Positions 12,131 through 24,754 of a DNA stretch of 64,000 nucleotides are shown one piece after another. This stretch comes from Eledone cirrhosa. Its lineage: Eukaryota. Position 1 is the stretch's first letter; every line of letters begins with the position of its first letter. The stretch is from positions 10,602,001-10,666,000 of the forward strand of contig OZ024751.1 in NCBI GenBank assembly GCA_964016885.1. Reading direction: 5' to 3'. The position numbers and the translations under genes were made by a program. The notes under the pieces are model-generated. The model did no database searches. It was not told the DNA's origin and saw only the letters and a program-made list of their open reading frames with translations.

Positions 12131-13145
12131 ACAGCTTCGGATCTAGCTTTACCTGCCTACCTCTACTCTATCTCCTCCTGTCTCGCTCTCGTCTGCGAGG
12201 TTCTCAGCCAGACGGCCGAATCTTACCTCGCCCCTTAGATGGAACATACTTTGACCTACTTGACAGTCGAAGGCCTCTCTATCTCCCAGTATACTACGGT
12301 CCAACGTAACTGGTACGACATCAATTTCAGCCCTTCTGTCAGGCGATCGAGTCTGGCTTGGACCAACACCACCTCGCCTGCCTCCGCTCCGCTTCTCAGT
12401 CCAACAGCGGCGCGTGGCTCAAATTGGTGCCCTCCTCATCAAACGGTACCCTTCTTGATGATGAGTGCACTCGCATCGGAGTAGCTCAACACCTTGGTCT
12501 CCGCGTGTGCGAGAAACATAAATGCCGCTGCGGGACGGTTGTTGACAAGTTCGGCCTGCACCCTCTGCCTTGCCGCCAGAGCGGAGGCCGGTTCCCCTGA
12601 CACGCCGCTCTCAATGACATACTGAGAAGGAGCCTGGGCGCAGCTGGTTTTCTATTTCAACTGAAGCCAGCAGGCCTATACGGTGGAGATGACAAGTGCC
12701 CCGACGGAAAAAACACTCTTCAAATTCATCTGGGACGCCATTTGCTGCTACACGTTCTCCGCCTCCAAATTAGTCGCTTCGGCCACAAAACCCGGTATTG
12801 CGGCCCGCCACGCAGAAGAACGTAAAATAAACAAATACCGGGGTTTGTCCTGCCGCTTTCTCTTCGCACTGGTTGCCGTCGAGAACTCAGGCGTTCTTGG
12901 ACCCCGTACAGCCGAGTTCCTCCACAAGATCGGAACAGTGGCGGCCCGCCTGAGGAAGGAGCCCCGCGAGGTTGGGAGGTTGTTGCAGTGGGTGTCACTG
13001 GCCGTTGTCCGCAGGTATGCTTTTGCAGTCTTGTCCGCGAGGGCGCAGCAGTTCTGCCCTCTTGCCCTTGGTCCAAAGCCCAATCAGCCCGCCCCTTCAC
13101 CATCCCCTCTCTTCTGTGACACCAGAGTTATTACGTCGTTATGAG
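12131..13145 (+). mobile_element. CRE-like non-LTR retrotransposon 3' remnant (zinc knuckle and restriction-like endonuclease)
   Basis: SGAWL, CRCGTVVDKFGLHPLPC, [R]HAALND broken by a stop, WDAICCYT, and AVENSGVLG. Confidence 0.8.
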
Positions 13146-13371
13146 GAGCGAGAGGAACAATTTCTTGCAAAGACAAAAACATATTTATGCTATAAAAGAA
13201 GTCATTAGACTAACTGAATGATTTCCAGCTCCGGAGTTTATTTTTATTTATTTATTTATTTAAAAAAAAATGTGAATAATTATTTTTATTGGAGAAAAGC
13301 AATGAAGAATGACATGATGCTGAATGAAAACAAAAGCAATATATACAAACACACACACACACCGACCACAA

Positions 13372-14895
13372 CTAAATATGGAATGATACGCGATGGGGCC
13401 CCGCCATAGCCCCGGCGGTCAGAATGGAGAAGGCGTTTCTCCGGAGGACAGCAAGGGAGAAGCACTGGAAAAGCCACCCCAACTCGCGGAGCTCACACCT
13501 GCGGCTGGACAGCTCAGCGCTTATGGTGGTGAGTAGGGAGGTAGCCCTCGGGCCAAGGACACCAGAAGTCTCCACTGCCAGGGGTTCAACAGCAAACCAG
13601 TCGGAGAGCGACCGGTATTTGAGGAGTTTAGCTTCCTCAGCCCGACGTGCAGCAGAAACCGGGTTAATCTCAGACTGCACCAGGTTGCGGCTGCAGAAAG
13701 TGTCGGTGCAGGTGGCATCCCAGACGAGGGGTTTACCACCGCGGAACGGGAAGATGGTCATGCCATCGGGCCCTTTGCCGTCCCCTCGGTCCAGCCCCAC
13801 CGGCTGGAGCGGGGAAGGGAAGCCTGCAGCGTCCAAGCCATGCTTTATGACCTCGTTGAGGGCAGCATAGCGTGGAAGGCGGCCGGAACTGTGGCGACAG
13901 GAAAGCGGGTGAAGGCCAAAAGGGTCCACGGTGGATCCGCAGCGACATTGGTGTGGCTCGCAGATCCGGAGACTGAGCCTCAAGGAAACGCCAATGCGCA
14001 GGCTATCATTGTCTAGCTGCGTGCCAGTGGAGAAGAAGGGCAGGGAATGGAGCCAGGCACCACTCTGGGGTTTGGAGGCCGCACGAAAACTGGCAAGGCG
14101 GTGCTGGTAGAGCTGGCGCGTGAGCCTGTCTGAGGCCAGGCTGCACTGGATGGCATCCCAAGTGCTTTGGGGGAAATTGACGTCAACAGGAGGAGAAGGA
14201 GGAGGGACGTCTACTGGGCTGAGTCCCAGCCTATCCCACGTCTCACAGGCGGCCTCACGTTCTCTGAACACAGAGGGTTCTATTGTGTTTTGGAGAACCC
14301 TGCTGACGAGGACGCGGCACGAGGTTACCGACGAAAGATACACCGGAAAAGCTAGTGAGATCGGGGACCGGAGGCCAAGGCCGCCAACCCTGACAGGTAA
14401 AGTGGCCTGTATCGAGGTCAGCGAGGAGAAATGTGTCAGAGTATCACGGAGCGCTGCGAAGGGTATAGAGGAGCTTCGGCATGGCGAAGCAGTTCCTCAA
14501 CAGAAAGAGGGCTGGGTGGCCGTCGATCAAGCCTAGTTGGCTCGTGAGAGTCTGGAGTTGTTGAAGCCTGGACTTGATGGTGGAGCGGATAGCCGGCGGG
14601 TGGATCGGTGACCCGAGGATGAGGACATCCTTTTTAGGGGTCACCTGTACCTGGTGGAGAAAGGACCGCACGTCCGAGACGTTCACCACCTCCGACCTAG
14701 CCGAGTTGACCTGGAGGCCGATTCCTGCCAGGGCAGGAACCACCGATTGTAGGTCATGGCAGACAGTCTGTACGGACCCGCCCAACGTAGCATCATCCAG
14801 ATACCAAACATTGAGAGGGGCCGTGATACTCCGATGTGGTCTATACCAAGGGAAAACAGGAGGGATCCTAAAGGATTGCCCTGTTGGACCCCTGA
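13372..14895 (-). mobile_element. CRE-like non-LTR retrotransposon remnant (RT C-terminal half, zinc knuckle, RLE)
   Basis: GVQQGNPLGSLLFSLGI and WYLDD in the RT. ORF 13372-14343 has CRCGSTVDPFGLHPLSC, DGKGPDG, WDATCTDT and AVETSG. Frameshifted. Confidence 0.85.
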
Positions 14896-15270
14896 GAATA
14901 ATGTAAATAAAATTAATATCTCTTTACCTCTTTCTAATATACCTTTCTTTCTTTCTCTCAATCTCCCTCTCTCACACAGGCTAATATAATAACGTCACAG
15001 TGACGTCACGTGGGGGAGAACGACCTCTCGTTCGCCATAGGGCAGTGCAAATGGCGGTAAAAATTCGAAACAAAATATTCTTCGGCCAAATGGTCATAAT
15101 TTGGATCTATACCGCTTTGGGAAAAATGAAAATAGAATTGTAAAGAAACACAGAGGTAAATAGGAAGTTTATAATATTTACTTACGTTTATATATATGTG
15201 TATATATATGAGTCATGATTTCTTTTGAATGATACAGTTCTAGTCCTGTAGAAGCCATATACGTATACAT

Positions 15271-15342
<72 letters not shown>

Positions 15343-16524
15343 GTTTCTACTTTTGGCAATATATAATGAACAATTGCAAGGGAAGTAACTTTAGAAATTA
15401 ATGAACGAGTTAGGTCTCGTATATCCTGAATGTGCTTTGAATTTTACTCAATATTAATTGAGAGAAAGTGGCAGACGGGTGGAAGAATCGATTCCAGTAC
15501 TAGACTGGTATGTTATTCATCGACCCCTAAAGAACGAAACGTAGATATGACTTCAATGTTTTTTTAATTTTTTATCTACGATGCAAAGAACCAGAATATA
15601 TGCCATGTATTATTTATTTTACCTGGCTACTTTGCCTTTCATCCTTACGGGGTCGATAAAATAAAGTACCAGTAATGTACTGGAATAATTGCTGGCCTTG
15701 TGCCAATAGTAGAAACAATTATTTATTTTACCTGGCATTTTAGCGTCTGTTTCAATTTATAGCCTTAATATACAGAAATGCGTTGATATTTTATTTCACG
15801 TTGCAAGATACTTTAATTCACGTTGCCCAGTTGACTCAAATGTAAAAATGAGTTGCCAAGCTATATCGGCCATTGCCTTTCTCTTGGACAACATTGATGA
15901 CCGGAAGATGGGAGACTGGTATACATGGGCGACTGTTGGTCTTCCACAAACAATCTTGCTTAGACTTCTGCCTTGGGGGGAACTTTCTAGATGCAAATCC
16001 CACGGTCATTCATAACCGAAGGTGTCTTTACTCTTACATACACATATAAATCACGGGAAGTAATTCATTATTTAAAGAAGTTGTCTTTTCCTGTTCTTTT
16101 TTAATCCTTTTCACTTGTTTCTTTCTTTCTTCCTTCTCCTTTCCTCCAAATATTTCTGATAAACCCTTTTCTTTATAGATATCTGTTTTTTTCTCTTTAA
16201 AAAAGATGTTTTTAAAAGCAAATTATAATATGCACATATATTCTATACACAACATTTAACCTTGTTTTATTTCTTTGATAAGATATATTGAATATTGTTA
16301 CCCCCCTCCCCTCCCGCTCTCTTTTCTGCCTCCTTTTCTCTGCACCAGTTTCATGCTTGATAAATAATTCTGTGGACTTTTCACACTTTTTTCAAGACTT
16401 AGATCAAAGTTCATAAATCATTGTAGTTTCAACTCTACAGCAGAGCAAAATATTTTCTGAAACTCTTTTGAATTCATTACGATTTCTATTTACAGACTTT
16501 CTAGTTGTAATTTGTTAGGCTAAC

Positions 16525-16920
16525 TACATTTCCAGCCTGTGGCGCTAGAGACGTTTGGTGGAGTTGGGCTACTCACTGCGAGATTCTTATCTACACTGGC
16601 GGCTCGCCTAACAGAGGTAACTGGTGAAGTTAGTGGGGGCACTTGGTTGTTCCAGCACATCAGCCTCGCCATTACTCGAGGTAACGTTGCGAGCGTGCTC
16701 CTCGCGATATTGTTATCTTTTGCTCTTGTAACTGCTCGTCTTTCCACCCCTTTCGCGTGCCCTTTGTTGTATGTGGTCCTATATGTATGTATTACCTGCT
16801 TATGTGTTTTTTTCTCTTTCTTTTCCTCTCTTTTTTTCCCTTTCCCTTGACTTTGTACATTATTAGTTTGTGTTTTCCTTCTGTAAGCATTATATTTTTT
16901 TATGCAACTCTGAATAAAAC
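16525..16920 (+). mobile_element. Short 3' fragment of a CRE-like element ending in (TA)n
   Basis: FQPVALETFGGVG...WLFQHISLAITRGN, followed by a T-rich tail and AATAAA. Confidence 0.7.
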
Positions 16921-17424
16921 AAATATATATATATATATATATATAAATTTGTTAGGGAGGACTCATACGACTTGGTTATGTCACTAATTATCATATTTCT
17001 CGTCCTTGAAGACGCTTCGCCTTCGAGGACGCACCCCAATTGACAACTAAAACTTTGAAAAACAATGATAAACATAAAAATACGGGCCCGGCACTTCTGG
17101 TCTTGTTACCTAATTATTTCATCATAGTTTGTTTATTTACTACGACAACAAAGTATAATTTATACACTTCATTGAGAGTTCAAATTACTGTCTAACATGG
17201 ATAATGTTCCTTTGGAATTAAGATATGGCTAAAGGGAAACGCAACCTTGGGCCTCATTGACGCATGGTACATTTTGTTTATTTTCTACTTTAACTACTTA
17301 TAATTTATACACTTCATTGAGAGGTCATATACAGGAGTTCAAATTACTGTCTAGCATAGAAAAATTTCCACCGGGGTTAGGATTTGCCTATGAGAAACGC
17401 AACTTTTGGCTTCCAGGACGCATG

Positions 17425-17488
17425 GTAAATCTTCGAGACTTATTTTAGGGGGGAAAAAATGACGTCTTCGACGCCAAGAAATACGGTA
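17425..17488. mobile_element. Possible pogo-type terminal inverted repeat
   Basis: The reverse complement TACCGTATTTCTTGGCGTCGAAGACG resembles pogo/Tigger TIRs. No partner end was found. Confidence 0.35.
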
Positions 17489-17894
17489 TATTCTGCAAAG
17501 GGTGAATTACGTTCTGCTAGAATATATTTTAGCCATGAATAGCCCCTATGCCGAAGACATTCAGCTGTGTAATATCAGCCCCACCATTTAATATTTGTTG
17601 TGTATGGGAACGCATAATACACCGATCCCAGGAGGAATGACAACACGGCTGGCTGGCTTTATTTTTCACCACGTGTTTCACAATTGTTTTGAGTGTGTAT
17701 ATATGTGTGTGTATATATAAGCGCGCGCTCCGCCATATCCAAGGGAGATAATTTCATACAGAGTTATTGAGCTTGATTGTTAAGGGACGTAACTCTTTAG
17801 CCAATATTTCTTTTCAACATTTTCTTTATCTGCCGCTTCTTTCTTCTGTCTTTTCCTTCTCTTGAACTCAGAAAACAGCAACAATAATAATTAA

Positions 17895-18410
17895 ATCAAC
17901 AACAGCAGCAGTAGTATTATAACAATAACAACAAGAACAACAATAATAGCCATCAGTACCAGCACCACCACCTGCACCAGCACCACCAGCACCACAACAA
18001 CACCAGTATCAGCAGCGGCACCACCACCACCACCACCAGCAGCACCACCACGACCACTACTAGCACTACCACTGCCACCACCAACACCATCACCAACATC
18101 ATCACCAGCATCCCCACCAGCACCCCCACCACCAACACAATCACTATCACCAGCACCACCAACACCAACACCACCTGCAGCACCACTACCAACACGACCA
18201 CGACCACTAGCACTACCACTGCCACCACCATCACCAGCAGCACCACCACCATCCTCCCCAGCACCCCCACCACCAACACAATCACTATCACCTGCACCAG
18301 CACCAGCACCACCACAACCAACACAATCACCAGCACCACCGACACCACCAACACCACCAGCACCACCGCAACACCACCACCAGTACCACCAGTACCACCA
18401 CAACCACCCA
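17895..18410. repeat. (CAC/CAG/CAA)n degenerate trinucleotide repeat
   Basis: Direct reading. Confidence 0.9.
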
Positions 18411-18424
18411 AGGCTGTTGTAAAT

Positions 18425-18718
18425 ATACTTACTCAAGATACCACCCAGACTTAGGTCAGCCCAAAGCTGTAGTAAAGACACTTGCTTAAGATTCCACACA
18501 CAGTTAGGTCGACCCAAAGCTTTAGTAAAACACTTGCTTAAGATACCACCCTGACTTAAGTCAACCTATGGATATAGTAGAGACTCTTGCTCAGAAACCA
18601 CCTAGACTTAGGCCAACCTAAAGTTATAGTAAAGACACTTGCTCAAGATACCACACTGTAGGATCAAACCCGGCATCTTATGGTTGTGAAGTGAGCATCT
18701 TAATTACCTCGCTATGCT
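18425..18718 (-). mobile_element. SINE remnant with internal ~50 bp tandem amplification
   Basis: About five repeats of acttgctcaagataccacc..acttaggtc..ccaaag.t.tagtaaagac, followed by a tRNA-like head on the minus strand. Confidence 0.55.
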
Positions 18719-19042
18719 TTCGTCCACAAATGGCAAATATAAGAGAAGAACACGAGAGGAATGTTTAGATAAAATAATGGTTTTTGATTTAGGAACAAGG
18801 CCAACAATTTCGGAGGAGGGAGAAGTCGATTAAGTTGATACGTGTGCGTTATCGGTCCTTTATTTTATTGATTCCGTAAGGATGAAAGGTAAAGCTAATC
18901 TCGACAGGAATTGAATTCAGAAAGTAAAGGCAGCTTGAAAATAATCTGAAAATTTAATAAGCGGGTTGGGTGTGGTGTGTGTGTGGGGACGTTTATTTGA
19001 GACCCGAGAGTAGTTGTGAAACGATCTTCGTAACTACACAGC

Positions 19043-19228
19043 TACGAGGTTCGGCTGACTAAGATACTCTCATGGATTGACCAAATGAAGTTTATTTTTC
19101 AACATAGTCCCTGGAAAGGAACAATGCAGTTATTAATAAAAAGAGTTGAAATTAATGCATGCCAGATTTCACAGCTCTAGCATTACTCCTTCATAATCAG
19201 CTTATAAACTTTTCAACTTACCCTCGTA
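19043..19228. mobile_element. Possible mariner-derived MITE
   Basis: The right end reverse complement is TACGAGGGTAAGTTGAAAAG and the left end is TACGAGG. Confidence 0.4.
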
Positions 19229-19760
19229 TGCCAGCAAGTATCCCTTCCCCCCTGTGCATTGGCAGTATTGGTAGAGGGTCGGACGCCATGCTTTGCAGCA
19301 TAGAGTTACGGCCCTTTAAAGTCTGAGTTCAAACTCCGCCGAGGTTAATTTTGCCTTTTATCCTTACGGGGTCGTTAAAAAAAGGTACCAGTAATAAACT
19401 GGGTATTTGTTGGCCTTGTGTCGAAAGTAGAAACAATTATTAAGGTGGCGAGTTGGCAGAGTCGATAGTACGTCAGATAGAATGTTTTGCGTCATCAGTT
19501 CCACCTGTGTTCTGAGTTCAAATCCCATCAAGGTCAATTTTGCTCTTCACTATCACATGAACATTTCATTTTGTCACCCCCCCCCCCCCCCCCCAAAAAA
19601 AAAACCAACCCAAAACGAATTTAATTCTGAAGTTAAAAATAAATTGGGTTATTATCTAAAATGAATTCATTCATACTAAAAACCTTTGTTTTCTGCTCGG
19701 TGCTGTCTATTTCTCTCTCTCCTCTTTATTTATCTGTTCATATAACTATTTATGCGCGCG

Positions 19761-19887
<127 letters not shown>

Positions 19888-20085
19888 CTTTTAATACATG
19901 GTATTAATTGTACGTTAAAAAAAAATACATTGTTTCATATGCCTCTTCTGGTCAGCATAATAATTCTCGACATCAGAACTTTTAAATACCTATATATATA
20001 TATATATGTGTAAATGAAGTAATTCCGTCGGAAAGGTCCACGAAAAAAGAGTGCTCTATGTAGGTTACAGAGCTTAATACTAATG

Positions 20086-20282
20086 TAATAAACAACATAA
20101 GGTAATTATTTCATTTACCAGTGGTTTCTTGAAAGCAAACAAATTATGCTTTCAATCATCAGAATGAAAAAATCCACCAGGAAAATCCACCAGGATTTTT
20201 TCATTCTGATGATTGAAAGCAAAATTTGTTTGCTTTCAAGAAACCACTGGTAAATGAAATAATTACCTTATGTTGTTTATTA
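20086..20282. mobile_element. Fold-back insertion with an HHR in each arm
   Basis: Arms 20086-20175 and 20193-20282, nearly perfectly inverted. Confidence 0.85.
20199..20259 (+). ncRNA. Type I hammerhead ribozyme motif (mirror copy 20109-20169 on -)
   Basis: UUUCAUU-CUGAUGA-UUGAAAGCAAA-AUUUG-UUUGCUUUCAA-GAAA-CCA-C-UGG-UA-AAUGAAA: 7-bp stem I, 11-bp stem II, GUA triplet. Confidence 0.85.
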
Positions 20283-20321
20283 GATAACTTCCTATATATA
20301 TATATATAAAGTCTAAAGTCT

Positions 20322-20590
20322 GTCTTAAGCCAGAAGGCTCGTCAGGCCGGTGCTTATTCCGGTTTCATGGCCTGAAGTGACTGAGAGTACAAGACTTTAC
20401 CCTGGACAGGACGCCAGTCCATCGCAGGGTTAACCTCCAGCTACTGCTGGTACGCATTTTCAGCTGAGTACTGGAGCAACGTGAAATGAAGGGTTTTGCT
20501 CAAGAACACAACACGCAACCCAGGAATCGAACCCATGGCATTATGATCGTAAGTCCTACACCCTTACCACTAGGCCACGTGCCGCCACTC
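20322..20590 (-). mobile_element. tRNA-derived SINE, same family as 8560-8852; partial copy at 47130-47250 (+)
   Basis: The reverse complement gives gtggcctagtggtaagggtgtaggacttacgatc...ggttcgattcctggg. Confidence 0.85.
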
Positions 20591-20723
20591 ACACATATGT
20601 ATATATGTATCAACATATATATATATATATATGTATATGTTGATATATATATATGTTGATATATATATATATTAACATATATATATATATATATATATAT
20701 GTTTTATATATATATATATGTAT

Positions 20724-20785
<62 letters not shown>

Positions 20786-20930
20786 ATATATATATATATA
20801 TTATTAATATATATATTATATATGTATCAACATATATATATATATATATATATATGTTGATATATATATATGTTGATATATATATATATTAACATATATA
20901 TATATATGTTTTATATATATATATATGTAT

Positions 20931-20984
<54 letters not shown>

Positions 20985-21001
20985 ATATATATATATATAT
21001 A

Positions 21002-21036
<35 letters not shown>

Positions 21037-21121
21037 ATATATATATATATTAATATATATATATATATATACATATATGTTGATATATATATATATTAAT
21101 ATATATATATATACATATATA

Positions 21122-21188
<67 letters not shown>

Positions 21189-21201
21189 ATATATATATAT
21201 A

Positions 21202-21279
<78 letters not shown>

Positions 21280-21303
21280 TATATATATTAATATATATAT
21301 ATA

Positions 21304-21339
<36 letters not shown>

Positions 21340-21751
21340 TATATATATATATATATATCGTCTACGATTTCACAGAATTTATGTTTACCGAATTCGCAGA
21401 CTTGACCCCTTCTTCCTCCCGTTAGACCTGTGCGAAATTCCTTCCTTGCTCACATTTCAACCAGGTTTGATGGTCTTTATTCTCTCGTTCACGATTCCAC
21501 CGAACTTAAATTCATAGAAATCTGGGACTTGTCTCCTCCTTCCTCACTTTCTGTTGCCTCACCATTTTGTTTGTTTACCCTCGCGTCCCCTTTATTTACG
21601 TGTCCCAACGACTTTTTTTAGCCGTGGCTCGCACCAACCGGAGGTATATGGTCTTTAAAGCGATGAAATGCCTATGATAGTTGGAAGATCACTAATGAAG
21701 GACAAACTTTTTTCATATGTAACCCATTTGCAACTCCGCAGCGCCCTTATT

Positions 21752-21787
<36 letters not shown>

Positions 21788-21906
21788 TATATATATATAT
21801 GTTGATACATATATATATTTATCTATATATATGTTAAATTTTGTATATACTCTACTAATATATTGAGTACCTTACTTAATGTGGTTACCCCCGATTGAAC
21901 CCGGGA

Positions 21907-21963
<57 letters not shown>

Positions 21964-22237
21964 TCCCTGTCTCATGATTCAGACGAGGGGTTTCGTTCGT
22001 GTTACATCGGACCACGGCTCCATATGTGTGAATTCGCTCACTTTCATATATTTTACCTCGCCCTCTCATACACATAGTCACACGCACACACACATATATA
22101 TATATACACATATATACATACATGCATATGTACATAGACATGTACGCACACAACACACACACACACACACACTCGCGCGCACACACACACACACTCGCGC
22201 GCACACACACACACACACACACAGAGACAAGACTCAC

Positions 22238-22270
<33 letters not shown>

Positions 22271-22339
22271 TACATACATGCATACGTACATAGACATGTA
22301 CGCACACAACAAACACACACTCGCGCGCACACACAGACA

Positions 22340-22390
<51 letters not shown>

Positions 22391-22472
22391 GCATACGTAC
22401 ATAGACATGTACGCACAAAACACACACACACACACACACACAGACACACACAGACACACACAGACACACACA

Positions 22473-22514
<42 letters not shown>

Positions 22515-22749
22515 CAATACAGAAATAGAGATTCACTTATATATAGTATATGCATATGTATGTTTATGCATGGCTATATATATGTATGTATGTGTGTATA
22601 GGTAGAGGTGTTTGTGTTATGTATCATAAACATACACACATGCATACACACACTCACACATATAAGTGTATATTTATACACATATATACTCACACAGTGT
22701 CTCTGTCTCTTTCTCTCTCTCTCTATATATATATTTATGTATATGTATA

Positions 22750-22799
<50 letters not shown>

Positions 22800-22913
22800 T
22801 ATATATATATATATATATAAATATATATAATTATATATATATATATATATATAAATATATATAATTATATATATACATACACACATATATATGAATATGT
22901 ATATAAATATATA

Positions 22914-22969
<56 letters not shown>

Positions 22970-23140
22970 TATATAATTATATATATACATACACACATAT
23001 ATATGAATATGTATATATAACTGTATATATATATATATATGTATATATATGTCTATATTTATAAACATATATTTATATATATAAATATATATAACTATAT
23101 ATATATACATACACACATATATATGAATATGTATATATAA

Positions 23141-23194
<54 letters not shown>

Positions 23195-23287
23195 GTCTAT
23201 ATTTATAAACATATATTTATATATATAAATATATATAACTATATATATATACATACACACATATATATGAATATGTATATATCACTG

Positions 23288-23325
<38 letters not shown>

Positions 23326-23557
23326 TATATTGAATAGATAACAAAATTGATCAACTTCACAGATTTGAACCTGTGGCACGATTTAACACGAAAGGAACCT
23401 TTTCAGCATCATTAGATGGAGAGAAAAATACAGAAAGCTAGACAAAGAAGATGGCAATTAGATTGATAGATAGATAGAGAGAGAGCGATATATAATATAT
23501 ATACATGTATATATATGTGTGTATATATATACATGTTTATATATGTGTATATATATG

Positions 23558-23589
<32 letters not shown>

Positions 23590-23821
23590 GATGTGCATAT
23601 ATATATATACATGTAAGTATATATATAGATGTGCATATATATATATATATGTATGTATATATATATATAGAGAGAGATGTGCATATATATATATATATAT
23701 ATATGTATGTATATATATAGAGAGATGTGCATATACATACATATGTGTGCATATATATATATATGTATATATATATATATGTGTGCATATATATATATGT
23801 ATATATATATATATATGTGTG

Positions 23822-23879
<58 letters not shown>

Positions 23880-23883
23880 CATA

Positions 23884-23921
<38 letters not shown>

Positions 23922-24754
23922 CAGAAAGAGAGAGAGAAGGAAGAAGAAAACCTGATTGAAACCTAACTAACTATGGAAAAGTTCGAAGGTATTTATCTCA
24001 TCAAATCGGTCAGTTAATGCAGAACGACAGAAGTTTATCTGAAATATGATATTTAAGCTTCAAAGCACGCTTTGGGAAATGCTTGGGGGATCTTTTTCAC
24101 ACCAATTTATGTCCATTTATTTACTCAGCTAATTGGAGAGGCTTTCGTTTGAAGTCATCGTTTTCAGCTCCAATGAATAATGGCCGCACATTGGGGATCT
24201 GTCGAATGGCGTTGGCAGACGATTGATCGTGTAACTAACTGAATAGGAGAGAGAAATAATAAAAACAGAATGAGACATTTCGTTGAGTTCCGTAGTGTAA
24301 ACGCTATCAAACTTTATCTAACTCTTAAATGTCTCTGAATATACATAGAAAGCGTGTTAAAAAGAAAATAAATACAAATCTCGCAGTAAATATTTTAACT
24401 TTGTTCCATATCCGTCGGTGAAGGTTGTTTGTTTAGTGAATGGTGGGCAATGAAGCTACATAGACAGAGGAGGGGAGGGTGGAGGAGGACGGAGGGATGT
24501 CTGGAGTCTATCTTACGGCTGGTTGTTTGGTTGTTTAGTTTTTGGGTAATATAATTAATTAATGCTACTGCGATATCGATTGGCGTTTTCATAACTCGTT
24601 AGTAATCGATTAAGATAGCTAGATGGATAAATAGGTAAATAGATAGAAAGATAAACAAGTATATAGGTAAATAAATGAATACCTAGACAGATAGACAGAT
24701 AATCAGACAGATGATAGACTGACAGCCAGACAGACAAACTGTCAGATAGTTATA

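Noticed and set aside
14998-15012. GTGACGTCAC CRE/ATF site as a promoter
   Set aside because: A single short palindrome with no associated gene; likely chance or TE-derived.
17891-18517. Gly-rich 208 aa ORF, and the Pro/His-rich ORF at 59268-59816
   Set aside because: These are trinucleotide repeats open in several frames, with no domain or splice support.
23950-24400. Unique-looking sequence as a host exon or enhancer
   Set aside because: No recognisable ORF or homology; it would need RNA-seq or conservation data.
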